NCBI RefSeq assembly: GCF_009914755.1
Contig: NC_060931.1
Origin: the human T2T-CHM13v2.0 reference genome, Homo sapiens
Direction: 5' to 3' (one strand)
DNA length: 64,000 bases
Made by a program: the position numbers and the translations under genes. The notes below the pieces were generated by a model, which saw only the letters and a list, made by a program, of their open reading frames with translations, was not told the DNA's origin and ran no database searches. Shown here piece after piece: positions 26,298 through 43,005 of this stretch (the first letter of the stretch is position 1; the number at the start of each line of letters is the position of its first letter).

Positions 26298-28545
26298 TTT
26301 TTTAAAGGTGTATTTAACAAATAAATATTGTATATATTTAAGGGGTGCAGTGTTGTGATTTGATATACATATGCATTTTGAAGTAATCACCACAATCAAG
26401 CTAATATACACATTTTTCACTGCAGCAGGTTAGCACTGTTTTTGTGTGTGTAGTTAACTGAAGATCTAACCTTTTGGCAAATTTCAAGTACAGAATAAAG
26501 TATCGTTAACTGCAGTCACGTTGTTTACTATATCTCCAGAAAGTATTTGTCCTCATAACAGAAACTTTGTACCCCTTGAGCAAGATATCCCTCTCCCATA
26601 ATCAAATCTAATATTAATCTAATCCATGTTAATATACCATATAATGTCAAATCAAATCGATTCGATATATATATGGAATTCCACATATATATGAGGTCAT
26701 ATAGTATTTGTCTTTCTGTGTCTGACTTATTTAACTTTATATATTGTCCTCTGGGTTCATCTGTGTTTCAGCAAATGACAGAATTTCTTTATTTTTTATG
26801 ACTGAATGATAGTCCACTGTGTGTGTGTATGTGTACCTATATATATACACACACATATATATGTTTGTGCACCTTATTTTCTTTATCCATTTATCCACTG
26901 ATGGACACTTGCTTAGGTTGTTTTCTTATCTTGGATTTTGTTAAGCATGCTGAAATGAACATGAGAGTGAAGATATCTCTTTGAGATACCGGTTCATATC
27001 TTTTGGGTATATAATCATGTACCACATAACAGTGTTTCAATCAATGACAGTCTGAATGTAGCATAGCGGTCCCATAAGATTATAATAATGAATTTTTGTT
27101 GTTCCTTTTCTTTGTTTAGATATGTTTAGACACAATATTCATACAATAACATGCTGTACAGGTTTGTAGCCTAGCAGCAATAGACTATAGCTTATAGCCT
27201 AGGTGTGTGGTAGGCTGTTCCATCTAGGTTTGTGTAAGTACACTCCATGTACGTGTTCTTATATGATGAATTACTTAGCAATGCATTTCTGTATTAAGTG
27301 ATGTATGACTGTATACCTAGAAGTGAGATGGCTGAATTACAAAGTAGTTCTATTTCTAATGTTTGAGAGCTTCCCTGTTTGTCAAAATGGCTGTACCAAT
27401 TTACATTCCCACCAACAGTGAGAAGAGTTCCCTTTTCTCTATGTCCCTGCCACACTTGTTATTTTTTTCTGATAGCAGTCATTATAACAGATTTGAGGTG
27501 ATATCTCCCTGTGACTATGATTAATATTTCCCTGACATAGCGAAGTTGAGCACCTTTTTATATATCTGTTGGTCATTTGTACGTCTTCTTTTATGAAATG
27601 CCTATTTAAGTCCTTTGCTTGTTTTTACATTGGGTTATTTATTTATATTTGCTATGGAGATGTATTAGTTCCTTATATATTTTGGAAGATTATCCCTTAA
27701 ATATATGGTTTGTAAATATTTTCTCTCATTCTGTACATCATCTCTTCACTCAATTGATTATTTTCTTTGCTGTACAGAGACTTTTTAGTTTGATATAATC
27801 TCATTTGTCTATTTTTGCTTTTGTTGCTAGTGCTTTTATGGCCATAATCTAAAAAATTGTTTCTCAGGCCAATATTAGGAAACTTTCCCCCCATCTTTTT
27901 CTATTAGTTATATGGTTTTATGTCTTATGTTTTAGTCTTTAATCCATTGTGAGTTGATTTTTGTGTACGGTGTCAGATACAAGTCAAATTTCTTTCTTCT
28001 GCCTGTGGATATATAGTTTTCTCACCACCATTTTTTGAAGAGATTATCTCTTCCCTATTCTATGTTCGTGGCATCCCTGTGATGATCATTTCACTGTAGA
28101 TGCATGGATTTATTTCTAGACTCTCTATTCTGTTCCATTGATTTATGTGTCTATTTTTATGCCATTACCACATTGTTTTGATTTTTTGTAGTTTTGTGAT
28201 CTATTTTGAAATTGGGAAGTGAGATGCCGCCAGTTTTGCTTTTCCTGCTCAAGATTGCTTTGGCTATAGTCTTTCATAGTTCCATATAAATACTTGGATT
28301 TCTTTTTCTATTTCTGTAAAGAATGCCGTTGACATTTTGATAGGGTTTATATTAAATCTGTAGATTACTTTGGATAAAATACTCATTTTATTGATATTAT
28401 TTCTTCTAATCCATGAACATAGGGTATATTTCTGTATCTTCTTTAATATTCTACATTAATGTTGTATAATTTTTAGTGTACACGTCTTTTAATTTTCTGG
28501 TTGATTTTTTTTCCCTATTGTTTAATTTTATTTTTTGTTACTACT
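26298..28545 (-). mobile_element. L1MA-type 3' UTR plus ORF2 3' portion
   Basis: Antisense 3' UTR (aaataaatattgtatatatttaagggg) and ORF2 (tacattcccaccaacagtg; ttcctgctcaagattgctttggcta). Confidence 0.85.
27012..27311 (+). mobile_element. Tigger3a inserted in L1 with TA duplication
   Basis: Ends taatcatg...atgactg flanked by TA; core ccatctaggtttgtgtaagtacactc. Confidence 0.85.
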
Positions 28546-28803
28546 GTTCATATAACTGAGTAATGTATTGGAGAATAAGCTTCAGACCACAAAAGTGCCC
28601 GGAGAGGTAGTGATCTATAGATTGGTGGTGTGTTTAATTTATACACACATACATACACCCAGAGACACACACTCAAGAATGGCTAAATAAGAGTCAAAGA
28701 GTAAGAACAGAATATGCAATGAGCATATACTTCATGTAGACACATAGATATAATATGACCATTAAACATGGGGGCAGCATAATCAACATTTTTTAAAAAA
28801 TCA

Positions 28804-29115
28804 AGTCTGGTGCAGTGGCCCATGCCTGTAATCCCAGCACTTTGGGAGGTTGAGGTGGGAGGATTGCTTGAAGCCAGGAGGATTGCTTGAAGCCAGGAAG
28901 GAGTTCGAGACCAGCCTAGGCAACATGACAAAACTCTGTCTTTACAAAAAATATAAAAATTAACTAGGCATGGTGGCGTGCACCTGTAGTCCCACCTGTT
29001 CGAGAGGCTGACCCGTGAGGATCACTTGATCCCAGGTGTTTCAGGCTGCAGTGAGCTATGATTGCACAATTGCGCTGCAGCCTAGGTGACAGAGTGAGAC
29101 CCTACCTCAAGAAAA
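28804..29115 (+). mobile_element. AluJ with internal 19-bp tandem duplication
   Basis: ggaggattgcttga...gctgcagtgagctatgattgc is J-type. Confidence 0.88.
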
Positions 29116-31149
29116 GATATATATATTATATATATATAATATTTCCTATATGTGGTAGGATTAAGATATTTATTATGAGATTATTATGTATATGATGTAG
29201 AATAAAGCAAATGAGAAATTGTGGGATATTCTAATTTTATCATTACCTATGTCCTTGAGAGCCAGAAGTATTCTAGAAGTTCTGCACATTAAAAACCACC
29301 ATCAATAAAAACTTAAGGTAAATACAAAGCCGGTCTAACGTACTTAATATAAAAATCATCTACACATTTATAAGAAAATAATAACCCAATAGAAAATCAT
29401 CAAAAAGATATAACCAGGGATTTTGTAAAATAAGATGTGTAAATAACTGTAAGCATTAGTAATCAGCGAGATGCCCCCTTTTTCCCTATAACACTTGGAA
29501 AATAATCAAATCAATGATAAAAATTATAATACTGAGTTTTGGTGAGAGAAACTGCTTATATAATGCATTTGACACTTACTCTTCTCATTGAGACCTTAAG
29601 TTACCCTGTTAAAAAGTGCAACTCTTCACAAAGGGCTTTATTTTTCTGCTTAACTTTTTTCCATAGCAGTTCCACAGATAATACAGATTTTATTCATTTA
29701 TCTCTCTTTTTGGCAATCTTGGAGATGAGGACTTTTGTCTATTTTGTTCACTGCTGTAACCCTACACAATGCCTTGTATTTACTAGGAATTCAATGAAAC
29801 TTGTTCCGTGAATAAATATTAAAATGTTTTAAAATGATACATATTTAAAAGATTTCCCTTTCCAAGAATGGATTGTAGTGAAATAAGATCATGTATAGAG
29901 CTGTATCTGCAATGATGTTTATTGAAGAAGTACTCAGAAATTTTAGGAAAATAAAATGTAAATATCACAGGTTAGCTCAAGTAACTTATGGTAGACCCTT
30001 ATAGTGAATATTCTTCAGCCATAGTAGGTAACTATTTCTGGACCAGAACATATGACTGGTAAGTTTAAAATGGTTACAAAACATTATGATCATTTTTTAA
30101 TGTTATAAATATACATTTGTTACAGAATCATGGTATGGAGAAAAGAATAAAAAGTAAACATCCACATTTATACAAAAATGCTAAAATTATGCATAAACCA
30201 AAATTATTTCTATGTGGTAAGGTTATAGTTGATTTTATTTCTTCTTTTCTCTCTGTCGATATTTAAATATTTTTTCTTTAATAATTTGGTATTACTTTAC
30301 CAGTAGTTCTTCACAAAGAGGTCCTAATTAAAAAGACTTATTTTTTAGTATAAGCAGCCTCTGGTGTGAGGTGTGACCAGACGTCGGTAATGTGGGTAAC
30401 TTTCCTATATTATGTTTCCATTCACACAGCTTAGGTTGTATGGACGGTCATAGCAATTCTGGTCAGGCCAAACCATTGTAATATGTGATCCACATTTTAT
30501 TCAGAATCTTTACAAAAAACAGTTTACGTCTGAACTGTGAATGATTAGTATGGACGAGAATTGTTAATGTGTTCATAATAACTGTGAATCTTAATACATT
30601 AACCCACATAACTGTTGTTTTTAAGAGCAAGTTATATGGAATGTACTGAGCCATCTTGAGATTGAAAGCAGTGCCTAGATTCCTTGTTGGACTCTTACTC
30701 CATCTTTTGTGTGGCCTGCAAATTGACATGCAGACAATGGAGAGCTCATAAATGCTAGGGGGAGAAAAGATAACTTTAACCATAATTTATCAGTAATATG
30801 TAGAGATAATTCCTAAGAGGAAATAAGATCTGAGGAAATTACAGGAAATATTAAATCTGTGATTCTGTTTACGGTAGAAATGCCGACCAACAAATTCCAG
30901 CTGTTTCTCTGTGGGTTACAGAAGTGTCACAGGCCTGTTTATAGTTACTGAATTGTAGACTCGAGGCTGGATCTTACAGAGCCTTGTTGGTTTGATTTGG
31001 ATTTACTCAGATTTGTCCAAAGGGACATTTCGTATAGGTAATGCATGTATGGAATGCACCCCTGTACCAAGTTTTTGTTCCTAAAAACTTCTTCTTCTCT
31101 AGTGTCTTCTGCTTCCCTGCCAACAGTTTGCCTCCCCACAAATGTTAGT

Positions 31150-31270
31150 GTAGTTTTGTTTATTTAACACTTATATAGCACTTACTTGTACTGTGCACTG
31201 TTCTGAATACTTTCAAAGTGTTAATTCATTTAACTTATCATAATAAGCTTATGAGATAGGCACTATTTTT
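31150..31270 (-). mobile_element. MIR fragment
   Basis: aacacttatatagcacttac...attcatttaacttatcataataagcttatgagataggcactatt. Confidence 0.55.
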
Positions 31271-33186
31271 TAAACCAACACAAAAGCAAAAACCTTGAAG
31301 GACAAGAGTAATAATTTGTGGAATTAAAGTAGCTCCTATATGAAAAAGGTAATTAAAAGAGAAGCTATAGTCCAGGAGAAGAAATTTGTAATTTATGTAA
31401 CTGATAAAGGATTTATTTCTAGACTAGTACAAAATTCCTGTAAGTCCATAAGAAGACAGTTTCACTGAAAAAAAAAAAAGAATAAAACAGGACAACCCTC
31501 AACATCTGATGACCCTTAGTCCCATGAAAAGATGCTTAATTTCTCCAACTGTGGGAACTATAAATAACCATGAGATATACCATGCTCCCTCTATCGGACA
31601 ATAGCAAAAGTTGGTGAGAATATTGAGCATGGTGGAAGTAGTGAATGGCATCAATTACTTTAAAGTGCAATTGGGCAAAATCTAATACAGCTGAAAATGT
31701 GTCTAGTTTCTGACTGAGAGGCTCTGCTTCTTTCTCTGTCTACCCTTAGGAAATCACTGATAAGTAAATGATATTTACTGTTACTATGCAGTGTGCTAAG
31801 CAATTTACAACTACTATAATTTCCTTAGAACAAATGAGAAAATTGGAGCTCAGAGAAATTAAGCAACTTGCCCATGGTCACAAAAGTAGATTAAGATTAA
31901 ATGTCAGACTTATCTTCTCAATGAATTTTATTTATTGATTTATTGATTATCTTCTATATAAGGCAGCAGTGTGTAGTGAGATGGGCTATGGGCCTGGAGT
32001 GTACAGACTTGAATGTGAGTATCTTAATACTTCAATTTTTCATATTCCAAATAGGAAGCATTTGTCTTTTCTCACAGCATTCTTGAAAGAATCAGTTCAT
32101 AAAATCGTTGCCAATATTATGAGACATTTTGGAACCATTGGGTTGATCAGTGGTTAGTTGGAAAGAAGTCAGGGATGGGTAGAGCCCAGGCAACACTCCC
32201 AGTGCTCCCAAGTGGCCTTGGGGGCGGACAGTAGCTCAATTGCCAGTGGCCTAAGGGTGGTCCTATATCTTAGAGTTTGTTTGCATTTTTGTTAATATCT
32301 AATGAGTCTACTCTACTGAATGAACCTAGAGAAATACCAATTCAAGATCTCCTCCAGCTAAGAGATTTGAGCCTTCAGATCCAGACATTGCCCTATCTAC
32401 TTCTCTAAGCCTCAGTTTCCTAAATCATGAAGATCATAAAACTCATGTCATAGGAGGACTAGAAATAGTATTTCTTGTGGTGCCTGGTACATAAAAGGCT
32501 TCAGTTAATGTAGCACTAAGATACTGTATTTTAAAAACCTACTGCCTTTTTAAGCCCTCTGTGGGACTGGCCTTTAGCACCACATCACTTACAGAGCTTT
32601 GTGTGGTCTACTTTCATGAACTTCACCACCAGAAGTCAAGCAGTAGAAGGTGGTGATTAACACATGAGCATTGGACCCAAGATAGAATTTCTGCTTGGTG
32701 CATAATGTTTACGTGAATTTAAAAGGTAACTTAAATTTTCTAAACCTTGATTTGCTTATCTTTAAAGTGAACATAATGATGGTATTAATACTTACCCCAC
32801 AGGATGTTGGAAGAATTAAGTGAAGTAATGTGTACTAGTAGCTTAGCACAGAGCCTTGCATTTACTAAATGCTTAATAAATGGTTCATTTTTAAAAAGTT
32901 AATCTTAATTAGTTAAGATTTTTATGAAGATCCTATTGATAATTGGGCTTGTGACTCTAACCCAAATCTATTCAAAACTCATGTGTATTGTAGCACACTT
33001 CCTGTGTTTGTTTGAAGACTTCCAGTAACCTGACTGCCTGTGAATTTCCTATTATTAGTAATATTTTTAATATACATCAGACAATGACTTTGAAGGAATG
33101 TAGAAAACAATGGAATTTTATTTTCAAATATATGTGTCTGTCTATATATCTAGATAATATAGGTATATATATATCTATATACATTC

Positions 33187-33473
33187 TTTTTTTTTTTTTG
33201 GAGACTCGGTCTTGCTCTTTCACCCAGGCTGGAATGTAGTGGCATGATCATGGCTCATTGTAGCCTCAACCTCCCAAGCTCAAGTGGTGCTCTCACCTCA
33301 GCCTTCCAAGTAGCTGGACCTACAGGCAGTCACCACCATGCCTAGCTAATTTTTGTATTTTTTGTAGAGAATGGATTTTGCCAGGCTAGCCTCAAACTCC
33401 TAAGCTCAAGGGATCCTCTTGCCTTGGCCTCCCAAAGTGCCAGAATTACAGGCATGAGCCACTGTGCCTGGTC
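33187..33473 (-). mobile_element. AluJ
   Basis: gatcatggctcattgtagcctcaacctcccaagctcaag. Confidence 0.88.
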
Positions 33474-34481
33474 TCATGTATACCTAATTTGTGGAGGGTT
33501 TTTATCATGAAGGGATGTTGAGTTTTGTCAAATTTAGTCAAATGCTTTTTCTGCATCAAGTGAAATGATTATTCTGTTAGTGTGATGTATCAGGTTTATT
33601 GACATACATTAGGTTGAACCATCTTTGTATCCCTGGGATAATCGTTTTAATATGCTGTTGAACTCCATTTGCTAGTATTTTGTTGAGGACTTTTGCATCT
33701 ATGGTCATCAGGGATATTGGCCTGTAATTTTCTTTTATTTTTGTGTTTTTGTCTGGTATTGGTATCAGAGTAATGCTGGCCTTGTAAAATGAGTTTGAAA
33801 GTATTCTTTCCTCTTCAGTTTTTGGAAGAGTTTGAGAATAATTGGTATTTGTTCTTTAACTGTTTTGTAGAATTCAGCTGTGAAACCATCAGGTCCTGGG
33901 CTCTTCTTTGATGGCAGACTTTTTATTACTGATATTGTTTCATTATAATTCAATTATGGTAGGTTGAGTATATTTAGGAATGTATCTGTTTCTTCTAGGT
34001 TATCCAATATGCTGGCACATGATTGTTTGTAATAATCTCTCATGATCATTTGTATTTTGTGATGTCAGTTGTAATGTCTTTTTAAATGTTTTTGGATTTT
34101 ATTTATTTGAGTCTTCTTCTTTAAAGAACTTGGACCCCTCAATGATTTGTTGAGTTTATCTTTTCAAAAGCCAATTCTTTGTTTTGTTGCTTTTTTATTT
34201 TTATTTTTTGTAGTTCCTATTCATTTATTTCTGCTCTGATTTTTAATATTTCCATTGATTTATAATTTTGGGGTTGGTCTGTTTTTGCTTTTTTAGTTCC
34301 ATGAGGTGCATGATTAGATTGTTTATTGTTAATCTTTTTACTTTTTGATGTAGACACTTACTGCTATAAACTTCCCTCTTAGTACTGCTTTTGCTGTGTT
34401 TCATAGGTTTTGGTATGTTGTGTATCCATTTATATTCACGTCAAGAAATTTTATAATTTTTCTTTCATTTTTCTTCCTTCC

Positions 34482-34710
34482 TTTTTTTTTTTTTTTCAAT
34501 TGAAGTGAAGTCTTGCACTGTTGTCCAGGCTAGAATGCAGTGGTATAATCATAGCTTACTATAACCTCAAACTCCTGGGCTAAAGCGCTCCTCCTGCCCC
34601 AGCCTCCTTGTACTATAAGCAAATTCTACAAATTCTACCACACCTGGCTAACTTTTTTTTTTCTGTAGAAATAGGGTCTCACTATGTTTCCCAGGCTGCT
34701 CTTAACTCTT
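34482..34710 (-). mobile_element. Partial AluJ
   Basis: gcagtggtataatcatagcttactataacctcaaactcctgggc...gtagaaatagggtctcactatg. Confidence 0.8.
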
Positions 34711-34836
34711 GTTAAGGAGCATGTTCAGGAGCATGTTGTTTTATTTCCATTTGTGAATTTTCTAAAGTTTCCGCTATTACTGATATCTATTTTTATACTA
34801 TTTTGGTCAGAAAAGATAGTTCATATGATTTCAATC

Positions 34837-35171
<335 letters not shown>

Positions 35172-37157
35172 TAAATTTTTTAAGACTTGTTTTGTAGGCT
35201 AATATATGATCTGTCCTGGAGAATATTTTACATGTAGTAGAGAAGAATGTGTTGGATGGAATGTTCTACATATATATATTTCCATTTGGCCTAGATCATT
35301 ATTAAGTCTAATGTTTCCTTGTTGATTTTCTGTCTAGATGATATGTTTATTTTTTAAAATGTCATATTAAAATCTTTTACTACTATTGTATTGCCGTTAA
35401 TCTCTCCTTTTAGAACTATTCATATTTACTTTATGTATTTAGGTGTTCTGATTTGGGTACATATGTATTTACAATTGTTATGTCCTCTTGCTGAAGTGAC
35501 TCCATTATTATTATATAAGGTCCTTCTCTATTGTCTTTACAGTTTTTGCATTAAAGCCTATTTTTTTCTGAGTCTAGGAACTCTTGCTTTCTTTCGGTTT
35601 TCAGTTGTGTGCAATATATTTTTCCATTCCTTCACTTTCAGTCTGTGGGTATCCTTAAAGATGAAGGGAGTCTCTTCTAGTCAGCATACTACAAGAGAAA
35701 GAGAAGAAAACCAACTGGTTTTTCTTTCCTTTTACTTTTATTTATTTATTTATTTTTAATTCATTCAACTACTCTGCTCTTTTTTTTTTTGGAAGAATTT
35801 AATCCAACAAATTCGATGTACTTACAGATAGGTATGGAGTTAATACTGCCATTTCAGTCATTGTTTTGTAGTTGTTTTGTAGATTCTTTTTCTTTTCTTT
35901 CTCTCTTGCTGTCTTCCTTTGTGGTTATTTGAATTTTTTTCTAGTAGTATGTTTTAATTTCTTGTTTTTTACTTTTTGTGTATTTTTTCTTTGTGAATAC
36001 CATGAAGTTTACAAGAACTTATGATTTTTGTAATAGTTATAGCACGTAACAATAGTTATAGCACATTATTGTAGTTAATAACAATTTTTGATTGCAACAA
36101 CAAAAAACTCTACATTTTCACTTCACTCCCTCTTCTCCACATGTTGAATTTTTGATGTCACAACATTCATCACATTACATTCCATATTCTTTAACGAATT
36201 ATCATAGTTGTTATTGTTTTTAATAGTTTTATCTTTTAACCTTCATTCTAAAGATATAAGTAATTTACACACCATCATTACCATATGAGTATATTCTGAA
36301 TTTGATTGTGTACTTACTTTTATCAGTGAGTTTTATACTTCAGATTTTTCATATTACTCACTCATGTCCTTTTCTTTCAGCTTGAAGAACGATCTTTAGC
36401 ATTTCTGGTAAGGCAGGATGGATTTCCTTAGCTTTTATGTGTCTAGAAAAGTCTTTATTTCTCCTTTATTTCTGAAGGATAACATGCTGGGTACAGTATT
36501 CCTGGTTGATGGTTATTTTCCTTCCATGTGTTAAATATATCATCTCACTCTCTCCTGACCTGTAAATGTTTCTGTTGAGAAATCTTCTGCCAGGTGTATT
36601 GAAAGTTGCTTATATGTTAATTGCTTCTTTTCTCTTGTTGCTTTCAGTATCCTCTCTATGGTTTTGATATTTGACAGTTTGATTATAATATATATTTGGT
36701 TAGCCTGATTTTGATGAAATCTGTTTGGAGATCTTTGATTTTTCCATGAACAAATATTTATATCTTTCTCCAGGCTTGGGAGGTTTCCTGCTGTTATTTC
36801 TTTAAATGTGGTTGTACCCCTTTACCTTTCTCCACTCTCTTGAATGCCAACAACTGCTCTTTTAATGTGGTCTCATACCTCCATTAAGCATTCTTCATTT
36901 TTTTTTCTTTTTCTCCACTGCCCGTATATTTTCAAATAATCTGACTTTGAATTCACAGATGTTTCTTCTACTTGGTTAATTCTTTTTTTAATGTTCTCTA
37001 TTGCAGTTTTTTTTTTTTGGGGTGGGGTTCACTTCATTTTCACCTCCAGGATTTGGGATTTTTAAAAATTATTTTAATTTCTCTGTTACATTTCTCTGAT
37101 ATTTGTTTCTCTGTATTTTCTTTAAGTTCACTGAGCTTCCTTAAAACTGCTATTTTG

Positions 37158-37669
<512 letters not shown>

Positions 37670-39286
37670 TTACAGTCCTCACCATCTGGTTATGCCTAGT
37701 AATGTTCCTCAACAGTAAACCTGTCCAGAAATCTTGAGCAGACCCTCTGTAGTGGTCCCAAAGCCTATGATCACTATAGCTATTGCAGCACTAGAAGGAG
37801 CTCTAAGCCCAGGACAACCATGACCAGTGCCACCCAGGCTTGAGTTCCTTGACTTATACAGCTGGTACAGAAGCTGTCTGGAATCAATCTGAGGAAGACT
37901 CAATGAGAGCACCAGCTTTGTGTGGAGGCTGTTCGTGGGTTCAAGCCTGGAAGACCTGTGGTCTGTGTTTCCTGCAGCATAATGTTTTTGGCTAGTTTCT
38001 CTTGTGTGGTACCTTCACTGGCCAGAATGCAGAGCAACCACCAGGGTTTGTATATTTGTTGCTATGAGCTCCAACCCTGTGCTTTGTTTCTAACTGAGCC
38101 TAGGTGGTCTAGCCCTGCTGGTACTCTCAAAATTTCTCATGAGATCTCGGAATGGTGGGGAACCTGAATGTCTGCTTTGAGTTCCACTTTTCCCACTGCA
38201 GAAATTGTGAATGTAGGGCAATTCACAGTGTGTGGTGCTGTTTTGGCTTGGGAGAGAAGTGACAGGGCCAGAGAATTGTTCTTCTTACCATTTCATTACA
38301 GTTTTTCTCAGTTTTTTGGTGCAATAGGATGTCTCAGCCTCTCAAGTCCTTGAATATTCAGACTGGTACTTTTGCCTGATGTTAGTTACTAGTTGGATTT
38401 CTTTGTGGAGGAGTTCAGCTATACAATGCCTATTCCTTCATCTTGCTGCTGTCACTCTAAAAGAATGGATTTTTAAGGTCATTTGAATTCCTGAGATCTT
38501 ATGACTCTGGAAAGTATAGGAAGTCCCTAAATTGAAACATGATGTTTTAAGCATTTTTATGTTAGTCAGTTTTTGAAATGTGAATTTTTTTTTCCCTAAG
38601 ACATACTGCAAGATTTTCTGCAAGACATACAGAATTTAGGGACTGGTCTCAAAGAAAAATTAAGAGGAGATGCTGTGCTATTCCATTTTAATCTAAGAGT
38701 CTCAAATTGTCGTCCTTCTCTCAGTGTCTGGGTCTGATTAAACATAGTCTTTCCAAGGTTTTAGGAGACAATTATGTACCACATTAATTCAAACTAATGT
38801 CACTGAGAGACTCTTATTCTTTCCAAATCATCATATATTCACTCATTCAGCAAATACTGAGTGCCAGTTATCTTCTAATTACTGTGTAAATGACAGTCAA
38901 GTAACAGTCTGTTTTTAGTGTGAGAGAAGATAGTGGTACTGGGGAAGGAGACAGTCAAACAGACTTGAGATACAACTAACATTGGTGACTTTTTGGAAGG
39001 AGGAATATTGGAGGCAATATGTTTTTAACCAGATATTGCTATAGTCTGGGTGTGCGGAATCAAGGGCCAGGACTGTGATAGTTACAGTGCGAATGGAGGA
39101 GTAGTTGATTCTATAAGGCAATTGTATCTAAGTTGTAAGAAATGATGAAAAGGAAGGAGTTCCAGGTTTAGCCAAGGGTGTGAGTTCTGGCAAGTGAGGA
39201 ATCCTAGGTTTATGAAGGAAATGGAAATCATAAAATCTTCCGTGGTCATGATATCATGGGGATGCTAATGCATCTGAATGGAATTA

Positions 39287-39904
<618 letters not shown>

Positions 39905-40229
39905 TCACTGGAGACCTTTCGAGACTGGGTAAGAAAAGGCATTCATGACCAAACCAGATTTCAGAGGCTCGGGAGTGATGGTGGATTGAAAACAGATATA
40001 TAAGAGTAATTAAAAGGGTTAGGAATGTCTAGAAAACAATTTTTTTTTCAAATGGGAACTTGTTTTTGTTATTGATAATAATATGGAAGATACTACTAAT
40101 CAGCAGATTTTGGATGCATCAGAGGCAAAGCGTATGTTGCCTCCTGTCAAGTTTCTCATCTACGTCAGCCATACATCTCTAGTCTCACCTACATCAGCCC
40201 ATTGTCCGCATCAGTGCTGAGTAGGTCAG

Positions 40230-40735
40230 TCCCCTGCCTAAAGACCTCTCTGGGTTCCTTGTTGCAAGAAGAAATCCAATATTCTTAGCACAGCAGACAA
40301 GTTGCTTTGCATTCTGGTTCTAAACTCTCTGTCACATTTCATCTTCTGCCACTTGGGGCACGGGAGATTTCAGATTCTTTCCAAGTTAGATCTTTGTATA
40401 TATTGCTCTCTCTACCTGGAAGAGCCTTTCTCTCATCTTTCATATGTCTAATTCTAACTTGTCTTTCAACACTTGGCTCAAATATCGCGTTGTTTTTGAA
40501 CGCTTTCCTGCCTCCGTGGGTCCAGTGCAAGTCTCCCTCTTTGTTGCTTCAACCATAAGTTGTTTCTTCGTAACTTTGTTTCAGCATCCTGCATTGTAAT
40601 TCATCTATTTTCATAGCTGTGTTCTCCATTAGACTATATGAACTCTTAACACAGGGACGGTCTTTTTTATTGCAATCTCCATGGCAGATGCAAAACAAAC
40701 TCTTGCTAAAAGCATCGGGAATGAATGTGTATCAA
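40230..40735 (+). mobile_element. L2 3' fragment
   Basis: ccctgcctaaagacctctctggg...cctggaagagcc...cattagactatatgaactc...gaatgaatg. Confidence 0.55.
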
Positions 40736-40899
40736 TGTAATAATATATACTGAGGTATATACGATAGAAGTGAAGAAGCATATTATTAGTGCAAAAAATG
40801 AACAGTTTCACCTCTGCTCCTTCATTTTTTAGCTGTGACCATATATAATGAATAAAATATGTGAAGCTATGCATTCTGAGTGTATTCTGCTACAGTCAT

Positions 40900-41070
40900 T
40901 ATGTGTTAGAACGTGGTTTTGGAGTTAAGCAGTCTCAGCTTTAAACATGACATCTGACTCTAAAAGCTGAATGAATTTGAGCAAGTTAATTTCTCTGAAC
41001 CTGAGTTTCCTATTGGTCAAATGAGGATAATACTGTATAGTGTGGTTGTGAAGATAAAATTGACAAAATA
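40900..41070 (+). mobile_element. MIR SINE
   Basis: ttgagcaagttaatttctctgaacctgagtttcc...aaatgaggataatac...ggttgtgaagataaaat. Confidence 0.65.
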
Positions 41071-42665
41071 TAGACTAAACAATTTAATAACCAGCATTTC
41101 GTTGTCACTAATGTCACAATTATTTCCAACTCTCACCTTCATGACTGAGATCTCTTGTTAGTTTCTGTCTGGTCTTGTATTTGTCTCATTTGCAACTTTA
41201 ATTCATTTTATAAAGAGAAAAATGTTTCATTTCTTAAGTGGAATGTTGATGTTAGGAAATTTAACATCAGCTGTGCTTCACCTATCTAAATGATACCATT
41301 TGATTCATAATACTCATTCCCAGTATTAAGTGAATTTACAAAAATCTAGAATGAAATATATGTGTTGATTTAGTAAGTTGCCAATTAAATTTGAATTGTT
41401 TGTGAGTCTCCAAATAATTTCCCAGTGAAGGCCCTAGGTTCACTTGCTAAGCTGGATCTGAGGACATTCTTTTTGTCTTATCTTCTGAAATCTATTGCCC
41501 TGAGTGATTTAGATCAGCTTTTTAAATTTTTTTTAGCAGAATTTTTGTGGTTAATAAAAACATGTGCTTACAGCTTTTTGCATAAAGGATTCCACATCCG
41601 ATTTAGATCAAGAGATAGATTTTTAGAAAAAAAATGATGGATATGTCCTCTGAGAGCAGTGGAATGCAACGATGTTCTGTCTCTCTCTGATTGAGTTCAT
41701 GGCATTTCAGAACCCTTCCACACCCACACCCACGCAAAGACGCAAACAGTGGTCACAACTGCAGCTCCCGCAGTCTCATTTCCAGAGTGCATCCATTGTT
41801 TTCCATAACATGAAATAAATCCCTCTCTTTTGCCCAGTGGTGAAAAGCTTATATAAATACTAAAACTTCAACTATTCCCCTGAGTTTTCTGTTGGCTAAC
41901 CTGCAGCCATGGGTTGTTTGGATATTGACATGCATTTTCTGTGTAGATCTTTCAGGCCACTTTGGTGAGTCCAGTGGTGATAAATTCTGTTGTCTTGAAA
42001 ATTTATCAGGCTAACTGTTTTAACACTCCATTTATGAAAACTTAAGTAATTGACACCCTATTCGAAAAGGCTGCAGGTTCAAAGTATCTCTTTTATTCTT
42101 TCAGCATATATCATTTTGATGATATTTATCTATATATATTTTAGGAGGCCTTGGCCAGGAGATGACTGGAACAGTCATTGAAAAGAAAGTAAGAATGTAA
42201 AGAATTGATTAGAGCCCAAACATTTAACCTTGCATTGTTATTCTTATGAAAGATTTTTTAAAACTATATTTAGAAGTGAAGTATTTTATTGTATACCAAA
42301 TAGGGGTAGTTAACATTAGTGGGCTGAAATTAAAATGTATAATAAAAAATCCTTATCCATCAAATTGGAGAGAAAATGGAAGGCATATACTTAAAAACAA
42401 AAATCAATACTTGGTGTATAGTGGGCAATCAGTAAATGAATGTGTGGATAGGATTGATTAGACTCCTAGTGAAATGTAATACTACCTTTATAAAAAATAT
42501 TTATTATATCCTTAAGTAAAAACTTATATGATTGAACATCATTGTTCATATAGTAGCCTTATTTTGGAACATACATTTATTCCATTTTTTTCTTTTTATT
42601 TCTCGTTTTTCATTTCTTCTCTTACATAGCAATCAATGAAGTGTACTTCAGTATTGAAATTATTC

Positions 42666-43005
<340 letters not shown>

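Noticed and set aside
33765-33953. ORF with [14 protein letters not shown]
   Set aside because: Fragment of decayed L1 ORF2p, frameshifted shortly after the motif; not an active element.
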